Source of the DNA: Felis catus
Lineage: Eukaryota
Assembly: GCF_018350175.1 (NCBI RefSeq)
Contig: NC_058368.1
Coordinates: forward strand, 167,030,001 to 167,094,000
DNA: 64,000 nucleotides
Direction of reading: 5' to 3'
This document shows positions 1-11,811 of the stretch, in pieces (position 1 is the first letter of the stretch; each line of letters opens with the position of its first letter). Made by a program: the position numbers and the translations under genes. The notes below the pieces were generated by a model that worked only from the letters and a program-made list of their open reading frames with translations, was not told the DNA's origin and did no database searches.

Positions 1-399
1 ACTATAAAATATGAAAAGACAACTAGCTGAAGGGCAAAGGAATTTTTTGAACAAAACTGAATGAAATGTGGTAATAACATAAGAAAACTAATGATGCCAA
101 GCAGAATTAAAAATTGCAAAAGTTATTGAAAGAGAAAAGTGAATTGAATTGAACAAAACTTAAGAGTGTAAAAGAAACCTTATTAATTTATCAGTTACAT
201 TTTTTGTGCCAGGCAATATATTATATGACTTCCCTGTATGAATTATCCTGTTAATATTGACAACTTTAAAGGAAAGTACTATTATTATGTCTAATAATAA
301 TGATAAAAACCAAAGCTTAGGAAAAAATGCCAGAACATATAATAGTCTGGCATTTACAGAGTTTTTCCTTCTACTAATACATAGAAATGCCTAATAGAA

Positions 400-612
400 G
401 GGGCACCTGGGTAGCTCAGTCGGTTAAGAAGCCAACTTTGGCTCAGGTCATGATCTCACAGTCTATGATTTCAAGTCCCAGATCGGGCTCTGTGCTGACA
501 GATCCAAGCCTGGAGCTACTTCAGATTCTGCATCTCCCTATCTCTCTCTCCCACTGCCCCGCTCTCGCGTGCTCGCTCTCTCAAAAATAAATAAACATTA
601 TTTTTAAAAAAA
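400..612 (+). mobile_element. CAN-SINE (SINEC_Fc-like)
   Basis: GGGGCACCTGGGTAGCTCAGTCGGTTAAG head, (CT)n, AATAAA/A tail; degenerate TSD gaaatRcYtaataga. Confidence 0.95.
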
Positions 613-1346
613 GGAAATACTTAATAGAAAAGAAACTTTTGAAAGAAATAAAGGTAAATACCTAGGAGTCAGCAATGAGAACAGAAATAAGGTAGAAGAT
701 GTATTATGTGATAATGCCACAGGAGTCTAAGTGAGTCTCCACACAGACAGTAGGCTGAGCACTGGTATCTTGAGATCCAACAACCAATCAAAGGACAGGA
801 GACATAGACTGTGGAAGTATGTATCAAGGTGCTGTGATTAAGTATCATATACAAAGCATAGTACTGTATTGACCAACCTAGGGAAAATGTTCTGGAAGTT
901 GGCAAGACTATGTATGGAAAGTAAAAACAAATAAACAAACAAAACCTCTAAGAAATATAACCCATAGAAAGGCCAAATGTGACTGTGGGATCTGTACTGT
1001 ACAGAACTACAACATAAGAAATTATGATAAAAATTTGATTGGGACTTTTGAATACCATAAATCTCCATCAGTATCCAATAAAAAAACTTCTCTGTGAGGC
1101 CATCTTATACTCACGCCTCACAAGATAACTCTACATGTTCACCAGAAAAAATACAGGATTCCTAGTTTTATATGTGAATTTTAAATGAACAATGGGTAAA
1201 TATATTCTGAATATTGCATGTTAAAACAGAAAACCAAGATAAAGACAAATTTATATGTGACATACTTATACTTTATCTGGGCTTTTGGTTTAGCATTTGC
1301 TAAATGTTAGAAACCTATCAAAGGTGGGAAACATTCTGAAAATAGT

Positions 1347-1356
1347 TCTCTCTCTG

Positions 1357-1412
<56 letters not shown>
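1347..1412 (+). repeat. compound (TC)n(CA)n microsatellite
   Basis: directly visible. Confidence 0.98.
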
Positions 1413-1415
<3 letters not shown>

Positions 1416-1953
1416 GAGAAAGAAAAACAAACCACATGATACAGCTGAACATAAACAAGGGGAAAAGCACAGAGAAAACCCAAATTGCCAGTATTAAAAT
1501 GAATGAGTAATAATGACATATTATAGTTTTATGCAAATTAAATTAAAAACTTAGATGAAATAAATCATGTTCTGCTAGAAACAATTTACCAAATTGACAT
1601 CAAAGGAAATGAAAAGTATGAATATCCTTATACTAATTAAAGAAATTCAATTTGTAATTTAAAAAAAACTTTCCTAAAAGTAAACTTCAAGCCCAAATAA
1701 TTTCATTGATAACTTCTTTATTAAGAATAATCAAAGAATTATGAGAAAGAAATTGTTCTCAACATGTTCTAGTCCTGATATCGACAGCTAACATGTACAT
1801 TACAAGAAAAGAAAGTTAAATGCTCAGCAGTGGTTTACAAAATCAATCAAGAAATAGATAAGTGATAATATAATAAGAGTGGGATTTACCCCTGGAATGA
1901 AGATTGGTTCAACCTTTGAAAATCAATGTAATTCTTCATTATTTAAGAAAATA

Positions 1954-2173
1954 GGGGCGCCTGGGTGCCTCAGTGGGTTAAGTGGCCGACTTCGGCTCAG
2001 GTCATGATCTCACGGTCCATGAGTTCGAGCCCCATGTCGGGCTCTGTGCTGACAGCTCAGAGCCTGAAGCCTGTTTCAATTCTGTGTCTCCCTCTCTCTG
2101 ACCCTCCCCTGTTCATGCTCTGTCTCTCCCTGTCTCAAAAATAAATAAAACGTTAAAAAAATTTTTTTGAAAA
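1954..2173 (+). mobile_element. CAN-SINE (SINEC_Fc-like)
   Basis: full head-body-tail; TSD aagaaaata. Confidence 0.95.
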
Positions 2174-2187
2174 AAGAAAATAATCAA

Positions 2188-2410
2188 GGGGCTCCTGGGT
2201 GCCTCAGTTGGTTAAGTGTCCAACTCTTGATTTCGGCTCAGGTCGTGATCACACAGTTTGTGGGATAGAGCCTCATATTGGGCTCTGCACTGACAGCATG
2301 GAGCCTGCTTGGGTTTCTCTCTCTTCCTCTCTCTCTGCTCCTCCCCTGCTTGTGCGTGCTCTCTCTCTTTCTCTAAATAAATAAATACACTTTAAAATAA
2401 TAATAATAAA
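2188..2410 (+). mobile_element. CAN-SINE (older subtype with CTCTTGATTT insert)
   Basis: full head-body-tail, directly behind the previous SINE. Confidence 0.95.
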
Positions 2411-2879
2411 GAATAGCAATCACACTATCATCTCTACAGATGCAGAAAAAACATTTGACAAATTTAACACCAATTAGCTGCAGTTAGCTTCATATTAATA
2501 TTTACATCTTGAATATTTCTATCCTACATTTGAGGACAAAACAAAGTATGCATTCCCACCACATCTATTTAACGCTGTAGAGGTCAGAGTTATTGCAATA
2601 AGGCAACAAAAAGAAACAAAAGGCATAAAAATATTAGAAAGGAAAAATTGATTTTTTTAAACAATTAGGATTTTTCAGCTTGTTACTGACAAATTAATAC
2701 ACAATATAAAGATACTATTTGGCAATATGGAAGTAACTATGAGAAAAACTAAAGTTAACAAAACTGGCCACAATGATTCTGTTTGAAGATTGGGATCTGG
2801 AGACAAAAGAGGTAGAATAGATTTTGTTTTTCATTATAACCCATTATGTAGCTGTTGATTATTAACACATTTTCTTTCA

Positions 2880-3381
2880 TTTGGAGACAATCTTCCTTGG
2901 GTCACTCATGTTTCAACTAATCTTTCAAGCAAGCATTGACTGAGCTTTGTTCCAAACTATCCTTTAAAAGATGTTTGTATAACAAATAGCCTTGGAATAT
3001 AGATAGTATCTCCCCTTTAAAGGGCAGGTTTGCTTACTGCCAGGGAAAATATAATGTCTCCGTTCACAGCAAGGGGCAAGCTCACTTATTGCCCATCATA
3101 AAAGATTCGTATTCCCTACACTCAGATTTCTTTTCCTGTAATACAACCAATAGCATACATAGGTATCATCTCCCTCTCTTTGTGTTGCCCTAAGGGCATT
3201 GAAGATTACCTGCCTGGAACAAAAATAATGCTGCTACCCTGACCACTACTGTTGCTATGAGCAATATATTGTTCTTCATCTCTGACCCAGAGGTCTTCCA
3301 CGAACATCCATGAAACTAGGGTGGACTAACTTGTTAGCTTGTAAATAGGGAATAATATCAAGGTCTTCACTGTCTTTTGCA
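2880..3381 (+). mobile_element. ERV1-class solo LTR (MER67-like, family tentative)
   Basis: gatgtttgtataacaaatagccttggaa...gggcaggtttgcttactg and catccatgaaact...taacttgttagcttg blocks resemble old eutherian ERV1 LTRs. Confidence 0.7.
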
Positions 3382-3552
3382 TTCTTATAACACTTTTGTG
3401 AACATTTTATACATTTTAAACCATAAAGGTAAAAAGTAAAAAGGTAAAATGTGAGCATTTATTTATTTGGTTTGGAGGAAGTAGATATCATGGATAAAAA
3501 AAACAAAGGAAAAAGCAAATTGAAAATAGATTGATTTGACTGATAATATTTT

Positions 3553-3750
3553 GTTTATTTTCTTTTTTTATTTTTTAAAATTTACATCCAAATTAGTTAC
3601 CACATAGCAAAACAATGATTTAAGGAGTAGATTCCTTAATGCCCCTTACCCATTTAGCCCATGCCCCCTCCCACAACCCCTCCAGCAACTCTCAGTTTGT
3701 TCTCCGTATTTATGAGTCTCTTCTGTTTTGTCCCCCTCCCTGTTTTTATA
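3553..3750 (-). mobile_element. 5'-truncated carnivore L1 3' end
   Basis: T-rich tail, L1 3'UTR; perfect 16-bp TSD tgactgataatatttt (3537-3552, 3751-3766). Confidence 0.92.
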
Positions 3751-3819
3751 TGACTGATAATATTTTTAATTCATCTACATTATCAAAGACATCCACAAAA
3801 TTAAGAAACTTGAGACTAT

Positions 3820-4315
3820 ATCAGGGGAAAAAGTTTTTCTCTACCCTCTAAGGTCCTTGGCTGGGTATATAAAATGACAAAGAAAAATTAACAAAAAGGC
3901 ATACACATTCACTCTATGTAAGTTTTACATGACATATGAGTTTTCATAAGAAAATGAAAACCCAAAGAAACAGTTAGACCTTAGTATTTTAGGCTAGGTT
4001 TGATGAAGAATAGGCAGTCATATAGAAACATGATAGCTTAAGGAATATGAGGGAAACAGCAAGTCTTGTTGGTTAGGATTTTTCTAGGTGTCCCTTTGTT
4101 TTCCAAGATAAGGATAAGGGAGGCACCTCTCACTTGGAGGTTTTATTAGCTGTTTCAAGGGACAGAGATGGGGAAAAGTCAGAATGACCTTCCTGCTTAT
4201 GCCATTTTCTCAAACTCCTTCAGCTTAAAACATCCAACATACCATATCATACATATCATACATATCATGATATCATACATATCATATTTGGGGGTAGCAT
4301 GTCCTGAACTCCAGA
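3820..4315 (-). mobile_element. ERV1-class solo LTR (MER34/MER39-like)
   Basis: minus strand starts ...gttcaggacatgctacccccaaatatg...ttttaagctgaaggagtttgagaa, typical of the MER34/39 5' end. Confidence 0.75.
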
Positions 4316-4339
4316 AAGACAAACATGGAAAAAGTGTTT

Positions 4340-5045
4340 GTAATATGTATTTTAAATAGCACTCATTTCATTTTTAAAAAGCACTTTCAAATACAACTTT
4401 TAAAGGATAAATACAACCCATTAGAACAAAAGAAAAAATACTGTTAGTTAATTTCCATATGGAAAATGTTTGACTGAATTAGTAAGAAATCAATTCAAAT
4501 TTTAACTTATAGAAATGTTTTTTTTAATATATTTAGTTCAAAAAAGAAAATTTGAAGGAAATAAATCAGTTTTGTTACAGAGCAGAAAAATACTCCTTCC
4601 TATTACTGAAATAAATTATTCAAAATATTTTAGAGGTAAAATTGAAAATATTTATCAAAAGTCTTAAAAATATATTTTAATCTTATGACTCAATGATTCC
4701 AAGTACAGAAATCATGGTAAAGAAATAATGAAGAGAATTAACACAAATTTATCTACAAAGACCTGGGTATTAACAATGTTATTATAGCAATTTGAATCTG
4801 CAAATATCCTTAATGTTCAGCACTAGGTAATTTATTTAAAAAGAGGTTACACAATTATGTGCTCTTTAGTCATTACAAATCATCCTATAAACTAATATTT
4901 CTTGCATGAAGTTATATAGAGAAGTGAAAAAGAATTTTAAAACCAGTATATACAGAATGATTTCATTTGTGATATATACAGATACAAAATTAACAAAATT
5001 AGATGTGACCAATATAAATTGTTTTTCTTGGATGATGTGATAATA
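4340..5045 (+). mobile_element. ancient L1 3' region (L1ME/MC-like)
   Basis: highly degenerate tatgactcaatgattcc / aatgttcagcactagg L1 motifs, A-rich. Confidence 0.55.
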
Positions 5046-5059
5046 AGAATTGTAGTCTT

Positions 5060-5278
5060 GGGGCGCCTGGGTGGCGCAGTCGGTTAAGCATCCGACTTCA
5101 GCCAGGTCACGATCTTGCGGTCCGTGAGTTCGAGCCCCGTGTCAGGCTCTGGGCTGATGGCTCAGAGCCTGGAGCCTGTTTCTGATTCTGTGTCTCCCTC
5201 TCTCTCTGCCCCTCCCCCGTTCATGCTCTGTCTCTCTCTGTCCCAAAAATAAATAAACGTTGAAAAAAAAAATTAAAA
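5060..5278 (+). mobile_element. young SINEC_Fc
   Basis: diagnostic GGCGCAGTC, GCCAGGTCACG, GGGCTGATGG; perfect 15-bp TSD aagaattgtagtctt. Confidence 0.97.
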
Positions 5279-5293
5279 AAGAATTGTAGTCTT

Positions 5294-5488
5294 GAGATGC
5301 CTGAGTCAGGTCATGATCTCATAGTTCATGAGTTCAAGCCCCACATCACACTCTATGCTGACAGCACAGAGCCTACTTGGGATTCCGTCTCCCTCTCTAC
5401 CCCTCTTCCACTCTCTTGTGTGTACTCTCTCTCTCTCTCTCGCTCTCTCTTGCTCTCTCTCAAAATAAATAAACATTAAAAAAAAAAG
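5294..5488 (+). mobile_element. older CAN-SINE with deletion in the tRNA head
   Basis: gagatgcctg joined directly to agtcaggtcatgatc; (CT)n and A tail. Confidence 0.9.
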
Positions 5489-5597
5489 AATACAATTCCT
5501 TAGAATTGCATTCTTTTTTAAAATTTACCTGTATGTATTCTCTGATTTATCCAAAATTAAAGTCTATTGCTTTTTTTTAAAAGAATGTGTTTTATTT

Positions 5598-5820
5598 GGG
5601 GAGCCTGGGTGGCTGAGTCAGTTAAGCGTCAGACTTTTGATTTTGGCTCAGGTCATGATCTCAGGGTTGGTGAAATCCAGCCCACATCAAGCTCTGCGCT
5701 GACAGCATGGAGGCTGCTTGGGATTCTCTCTCTTCATATTCTCTCTACCCCTCCCCAACTCATGCTCATGCTCTCTCTCTTTCTCAAAATAAATAAATAC
5801 ACGTTAAAAAAAGAACATTT
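5598..5820 (+). mobile_element. CAN-SINE
   Basis: TSD aaagaatRtRttttattt. Confidence 0.95.
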
Positions 5821-6098
5821 AAAGAATATATTTTATTTTAAACAACAAAGTATAAACATGCTAATCACTTAGCAGACATATTCCAAAAAGTCAGTAAGAA
5901 ACATGCACTCTGATTCAAATGCATGAAGATGCATCAACATTTTCTCTGACCATAGAATGATCAAATTATATAGCAACCTTATATTGAAATCTCAGACATT
6001 AGATATCATATAGCAGAAAAATATTATTTTTGAGAAGTTGTTAATGGCATATTAAGTAAAAAAAATTATATACTAGTATGTAAAGAACCTATATTTTT

Positions 6099-6326
6099 AT
6101 TTATTTTATCTTACTTCTTAATGTTTATTCTTGAGGGAGAGAGAGTGAGAGAGAGAGAGCGTTAGTGGGGGAGGGACAGAGAGAGTGGGAGACACAGAAT
6201 CTGAAGCAGGCTCCAGGCTCTAAGCTGTCAGCACAGAGTCCAATGCGGGGCTCCAATTCACGAGCCATGAGATCATGACCTGAGCTGAAATCAGACGCTT
6301 AACTGACTCAGCCACCCAGGCTCCCC
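6099..6326 (-). mobile_element. CAN-SINE
   Basis: perfect 16-bp TSD aagaacctatattttt. Confidence 0.95.
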
Positions 6327-6507
6327 AAGAACCTATATTTTTAATGTTCAACAACAGCAAGTGCTAGAAGGAAATGTACTGAATATGTGTAGTAATTTTC
6401 TTTGTATAACAAGGTTATAAGTAATTTCAGACTTCTTCTCTTTGATTTTTTCATTTTCCAGATTTATTATACATTGCTTCATATTATAACACTAAAACTA
6501 TTAAGAA

Positions 6508-6608
6508 GGGGTGCCTGGCTGGCTCAATCAGTAGAGCATGCAACTCTTGATCTTAGGGTGGTGAGTTCGAGCCTCATGGTGGGTGTGAAGCCCACTTAAA
6601 AAACAAAA
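6508..6608 (+). mobile_element. short CAN-SINE (tRNA-Lys-like head plus A tail)
   Basis: TGGCTCAATCAGTAGAGC A box, GTTCGAGCC B box, no (CT)n body. Confidence 0.85.
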
Positions 6609-7119
6609 TTCTATTTAAAAAACCAGTCTTGCAACAAAGAGAACCAGAATCAGAGAAGTAGACGCAGAAAGGAGAGCTAGATAATATATAGTAGGAAATA
6701 GTAAGAAGCATTTGCAGGACTTGGTAATCTATTGGACTAAAGGGAATGAAAGGGGAGAATGAAGGAACTGACTTAGATAAACATTATTGCTACTTTTTTA
6801 ATTGAGAGATTCAGGAAGAGTAGTGAATTTTAAAGACAGGATTTTAAACTCCTGGAGATTTTTTTTAGGTCTGGGGAACAACTGGATAGCTGTGCCCAGC
6901 GGGCAAGAAAACTGGCACAGAGTGTATATGATAAGCCTGGTAAAACTCTAGATTTGGAAGCCAGCAATATCTTTGGAAGAGTTAATATCACTGAACGCAC
7001 GAAATTAGCTAAGGATAATGTAACATAAGAAAATAAGAAAAGCTAGAAGAGAGTCTCAGGGAACCCCATTAGTTACCAGGTAGGCTGCCACTGAAGTGGT
7101 GGACACCTTATTGCTACAT

Positions 7120-7320
7120 GCTAGTTAAGACGGTAAACTTCAGGAGTCATACAGACCTGAATGCTAGTCTGTCACTCACTACCCATGTGGCCTTTGTTAA
7201 GTGATTCAAACTGTCAATAATGCAGCTTTCTCATTTTTCAAGTAATAGAATACTTTCCTCATAAGGTTTTAGAGTTGTCTTGACAGTGGTGGAAAGTGCT
7301 CAATAAGCAGTAGCTAATGT
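7120..7320 (+). mobile_element. MIR
   Basis: ggagtca..cagacctg, degenerate core, gtgctcaataa..gtagcta tail. Confidence 0.6.
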
Positions 7321-7581
7321 TAGCAGTAGACATTGTCCTCTTGGTGATAGATATAAAAGTAAGGAAAAATAGAAAACAATCAGCAAGGAAGAACATAGGG
7401 CCAAACAACGTCTTGAAAGGCAAAAAATGAGAATTACGAGTCAATGGCAGTGGTCAACATGAGTTGAATCCAAACAAGATGCAAACCAAATCCAATGATG
7501 TTGGTGATTGGAGGTCATTTGAGATGTTTTCCAAAATAATTATATCAGACATGGTTTTCTTTTTAAAACAAAAGTGTCCTA

Positions 7582-7799
7582 GGGGCACCTGAGTAGCTCA
7601 GCCTGTTGAGCGTCCGACTTCAGCTCAGGTCATGATCTCACAGTTCATAAGTTCAAGCCCCATGTCGGGCTCTGTGCTGACAGCTCAAAGCCTGGGGCCT
7701 GCTTGGAGTTCTGTGTCTTCCTCTTTCTCTGTCCCTCCCCTGCTCATGCTCTCTCTCTCTCTCTTTCAAAAACAAATAAACATTAAAAAATTTTTAAAT
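7582..7799 (+). mobile_element. CAN-SINE
   Basis: full element; TSD aagtgtcct. Confidence 0.95.
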
Positions 7800-7832
7800 A
7801 AGTGTCCTCAACAAATAGAGTTACTACTATTT

Positions 7833-8132
7833 CATTCTTAAATTGAGGTATAATTGACATATAACATTATATTTGTTTCAGCTGTACAACGTAATGATTC
7901 CATATTTTTGATATTACAAAATGATCACCACCATAAGTCTCGTTAACATCTGTTGCGGTGCATAGTTACAAATTTTTTTTCTTATGATGAGAACTTTTAA
8001 GATTTACTTTCTTAGCAACTTTCAAATACGTGGTATAGTACGGTATTATAACTATAGTCACCATGCTGTTCTTTACATCCCTACGACTTATTTAATTTAT
8101 AACTGGAATTTTGTACCTTTGGACCCCCTCCA
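7833..8132 (-). mobile_element. L1 3' end (L1MA9-like)
   Basis: aattgaggtataattgacatataaca 3'UTR; TSD agttacYactattt. Confidence 0.88.
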
Positions 8133-11100
8133 AGTTACCACTATTTGCTGACATTTAATTTTTGTAACTTATTCACTCTTAAGTCTTAATGAAATAGTGG
8201 GGAATTTTTATCAAGATAATATTTAGAACTATGTTAAAATAAACCCAAATTGCCACTGAGAAACTGTGAAAGAGTAGGGGTCACCTTTGGTGTGTCACTG
8301 TATTTCCTGTCCATCTAACACTTACTGGCTAGATCCTCTTCCCGACAAGGGTTTCCAAAAGTCTTCAGAATTCTTCACCAGAACACACTTGCTATAAAAA
8401 GGCTTCCCTTAAAAATACTGATACTGCATCTACGATATCAAACTCCCAACACAACTCATGGTGAGAGAGAGAGAGACAAGAACACATGTCTCTGCAGGAA
8501 ACTTCTTTCTCCGGGTGTCTTAATTTTTATTTTATGTTATTTCGTAAGGCCACATGGTTGGAAACACCTTGCATCAAAAAGGAATTGAGTGAGAGAAACA
8601 CATCACCAATCCAGAGGAAGTCCGAGGACTAAAATCAGACAAGCAAGAGCAAAGGAACAAAACACAAAGAAAAAAAATCATATTGGGGAACACTGAGGTT
8701 CAGCCCAAACTGGCAGTTGCTGCTCATAACATCCCCAGACCATGTGAGGTGGCAGCAAGTTGCTGGGGCAGGGGCCAGGGAATGCTCTGGCTCTGGCTGT
8801 GTGCGAGAAGGGAGTTTTGCTAGCATCTTTAGGGTGAGAGAAAAGAGCCCGTCATGTGAGATGAGTTTTCCAAAGCTCTCTTCACTGTCATCCCCACACT
8901 TCTCTGTGCTCCTTTGTCATTGGGGTTAGAGAGGCCTAGGAACTAAAAGCAGAAAAGCTAGACCAAAAAGGCATACAAAAGTCCATTGTTAAAAGTATCA
9001 TTTTCAAGCCGAGGGTGCATATAATACATTCATAGAGAGGGAATACCAGCCTAATCATAATGGAAATGGTTATTTCACATTTAAGACCCTGAGAGAGTGT
9101 GAAAAGCTAATCCACATACGATTCACTTTTATCCCACACATTCTTAATTGAAGAGACAGAAAGATGCTATTCTTTAAAAAGTAAATTGTTCAGCTTAGAG
9201 ACTATATCTGAAAAATAGCAGTCGTTTATATTAAAATCAATGAAAAAAATATCTGTGTTCCATATGACTGAGTATAACTGCTCCTTGTCAAACTCCGGAT
9301 AAAGCAGTAGAAAGGCACTCTCGGGTCTGTCAACTTTAGGTTAGCTATAAAACCAAAAGAAGCAGAAATGGCTGGGGGGTGAGAAGGGAGCGATGTTATT
9401 TTCACTCCCCATGTCGGTTGTTAAATAAATCCTGTTTGTTTCCTGCCTAAAACTATGAATTCTATATTGATTTTGGTCATTTTCTATTTCAAATATATTT
9501 CTGAATTTTTAATTTTATGGAGAATAATGAGGAACAACACCTACCTTTCATTACAAGAATATCCCCACAACATTATTAGGAAGTAGTGTGGGAAATATGA
9601 GGCAACGATTGTATTTTGGCCACAATGGAACTCTCTTAGAATTGTAGGACTTTTTTTCCATACATAAATGTCTCTTTTTTTTTTTTTACTTTTTGTCCCC
9701 TTTTGGTGGAGCTACATCTAAAATTCATTTTTGAAATATATATTATTTACTAGAAGAGTTTTTGAGTTTTTATTTATTCATTTATTAGTTGTTTTTTGTT
9801 TTTTGTGTTTTTTTTTTGGTGGAGGGAGTTTTTCCTTACAAAACATTTTCTGATATGTCCTTTCTTCTACAGTGTTTTATTTTTTCCTAAAAGTAACCCT
9901 TTCATTGTGTTAATAAATAAAAATCTAAAGAGCTTTATTCAAAGGTTTTAGACATTTAAAAAATCTGTCCTATTGTAATAGGAAACCTTGGAGACTCATT
10001 GAAATAGCAGCAAAGGCACAAGTTTCTTTTTATTATGAAAGATGTTTATGTGAAGAACAAAATAGACAAGAGAAAGTAACTGCTTCAGAATACTTGATGG
10101 GCACTTTAATCTTCTATTAATATGCAAATTGTGTTCTTTAGAACCCCAGTAAGAGATTTTTTTTTCCAATCAGGCTATTTAAAAGTAGTCCTATTCTCCC
10201 AAAGGTCCTTCTTGCATGAGTCTAAGTGAAGCAGTGTTTTTATGCTAATTCCCAAGATGCTCTTGTATGCATCATTTTCTTTTGAAATTATATGGAGTTT
10301 ATTGAACCACATTTGTAAAACATTCCACAGCTGATTTCATTCTAAAGATCTCCTTTAATAGAACTGATTCCCTTGTTGATCTGTGTCATAGGAGAATGTT
10401 AAAGAAAATCAGTTTTAACAACATGGAAGAAATAAGAAAGGGCTTGTGGACACAAATGAAGATACAAGCTTGTAAACAGGAAAAGGACAATTTTTGTTGA
10501 GTAATTAACCTCACTGAAAATTTGAACCTACTAGAAACTACTGCATTGATGTTACAATTATAAAGTACCTCTTCCAAACATAAATCTCTGGAATAATCAC
10601 AAGGTACAAGACCATAGTCTTTTGGCTCCTTTGCAGGCATTTATTCACCACATTACATTTCTTTTCAATACCTTGCCTTTTCCAAAAGACTGTAATTATA
10701 ACAACAATGCAATGACAATTCCCTTACTGGTGTAGAAATTAGGATGAATAATAAAATTACTTTTATATAGCCATATTGTTCTCCATGCACCAACCCCTTC
10801 AACTACCCAGTTCATATTAAAAAGAATGAAACAGTTGATATTATTTTGTTATTTCTTTTCTTGTCATATTGACAGAAAAGGATGTCTCAAACATGTTATC
10901 AATATGGTGTCCAGTCCAATTATGTTTTTCAGGGAATGGGTAATTATTATTTATCTACCTCGTTGTAGTTATAAGAAATAATATTGGGGAAAACTTTTGA
11001 GGGAGGGTTTCTTCTGGATTAACAGGACTATTCTGATTTTTTTTAATGTATGCATTAATAGAAGTTGTGACCTCTCATCCTCCCCAAAAATCTACCCTTA

Positions 11101-11408
11101 CTTCAGAAATATTGGCTCTATATTTTTTCCTGGTATACAAACACTCTTCAGAGTAAGTTATGTTTCAGGCATAAAATCCGATCTCATCATGCCTCTATAC
11201 TTTTTTTAGCACAAAAATGGTGTCCTTCGGATTTATCACCCAACCCATGTACCTAATAGGGAGTTCCGAATGATATTTGTTGCCTTAAGATTAAAATCAC
11301 ACTGATAGAATTTTTGATGATATGAAGGTAAAAGGTCACACTTTCTCCTGACTCTGTGTCTTTTCAAATTAATTTGCCTTTTGTCGTGTCTAAATGTGGT
11401 GTCTCTCC

Positions 11409-11811
11409 TGATCTGATGGCCCCCCGCCCCCGAACGTGAAGCCATGATCTGGTAGAAGCCAGTGGCACTGGAGGTGAAAGAATTCACCTGAGGCAGGACA
11501 AAGGAGATAGAAGTTTACTGAATATAGCACAAGGGGCCAGCAGACAGGACAGCGGAGCAGAGACTGTCTGCAAGGAGGCAGTGGGTGAGGACTGTTTATA
11601 AAAGGGGAAGGTAAGGAGGTATGGTGAAGAATGGAATTTTCCCTTTTTTGGTAACGATGCCTAGTTGTAAGTAGCCTATTGGTTAGGTAGGGCCTATGGA
11701 TATTTTGGGGTGGTCTGCCTGATGAGCATGTCTGTACTTAGCCAGGGGGTCACTGTGGGCCCCTTTCTACATTCTATTGTTTAACTTGTTGGCCAAAAAG
11801 CAGCCTCTACA
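11409..11811 (-). mobile_element. carnivore ERV solo LTR
   Basis: TG...CA ends; on the minus strand CCAAT (11678-82), TATAAA (11595-600) and AGTAAA (11514-19) in LTR order; left boundary approximate. Confidence 0.7.

Larger units (their letters stand above)
1540..2650 (+). mobile_element. old L1 ORF2 (RT region) remnant, interrupted by two SINEs
   Basis: degenerate codons for GFIPGMQGWFN (~1880), IISIDAEKAFDK (~2425) and AIRQEKEIKGI (~2594). Confidence 0.85.

Noticed and set aside
4243..4288. (CATATCATA)n repeat
   Set aside because: Simple local expansion inside the MER34-like LTR.
6508..6600. tRNA-Lys gene
   Set aside because: CAN-SINE head with no intact acceptor stem, followed by an A tail.
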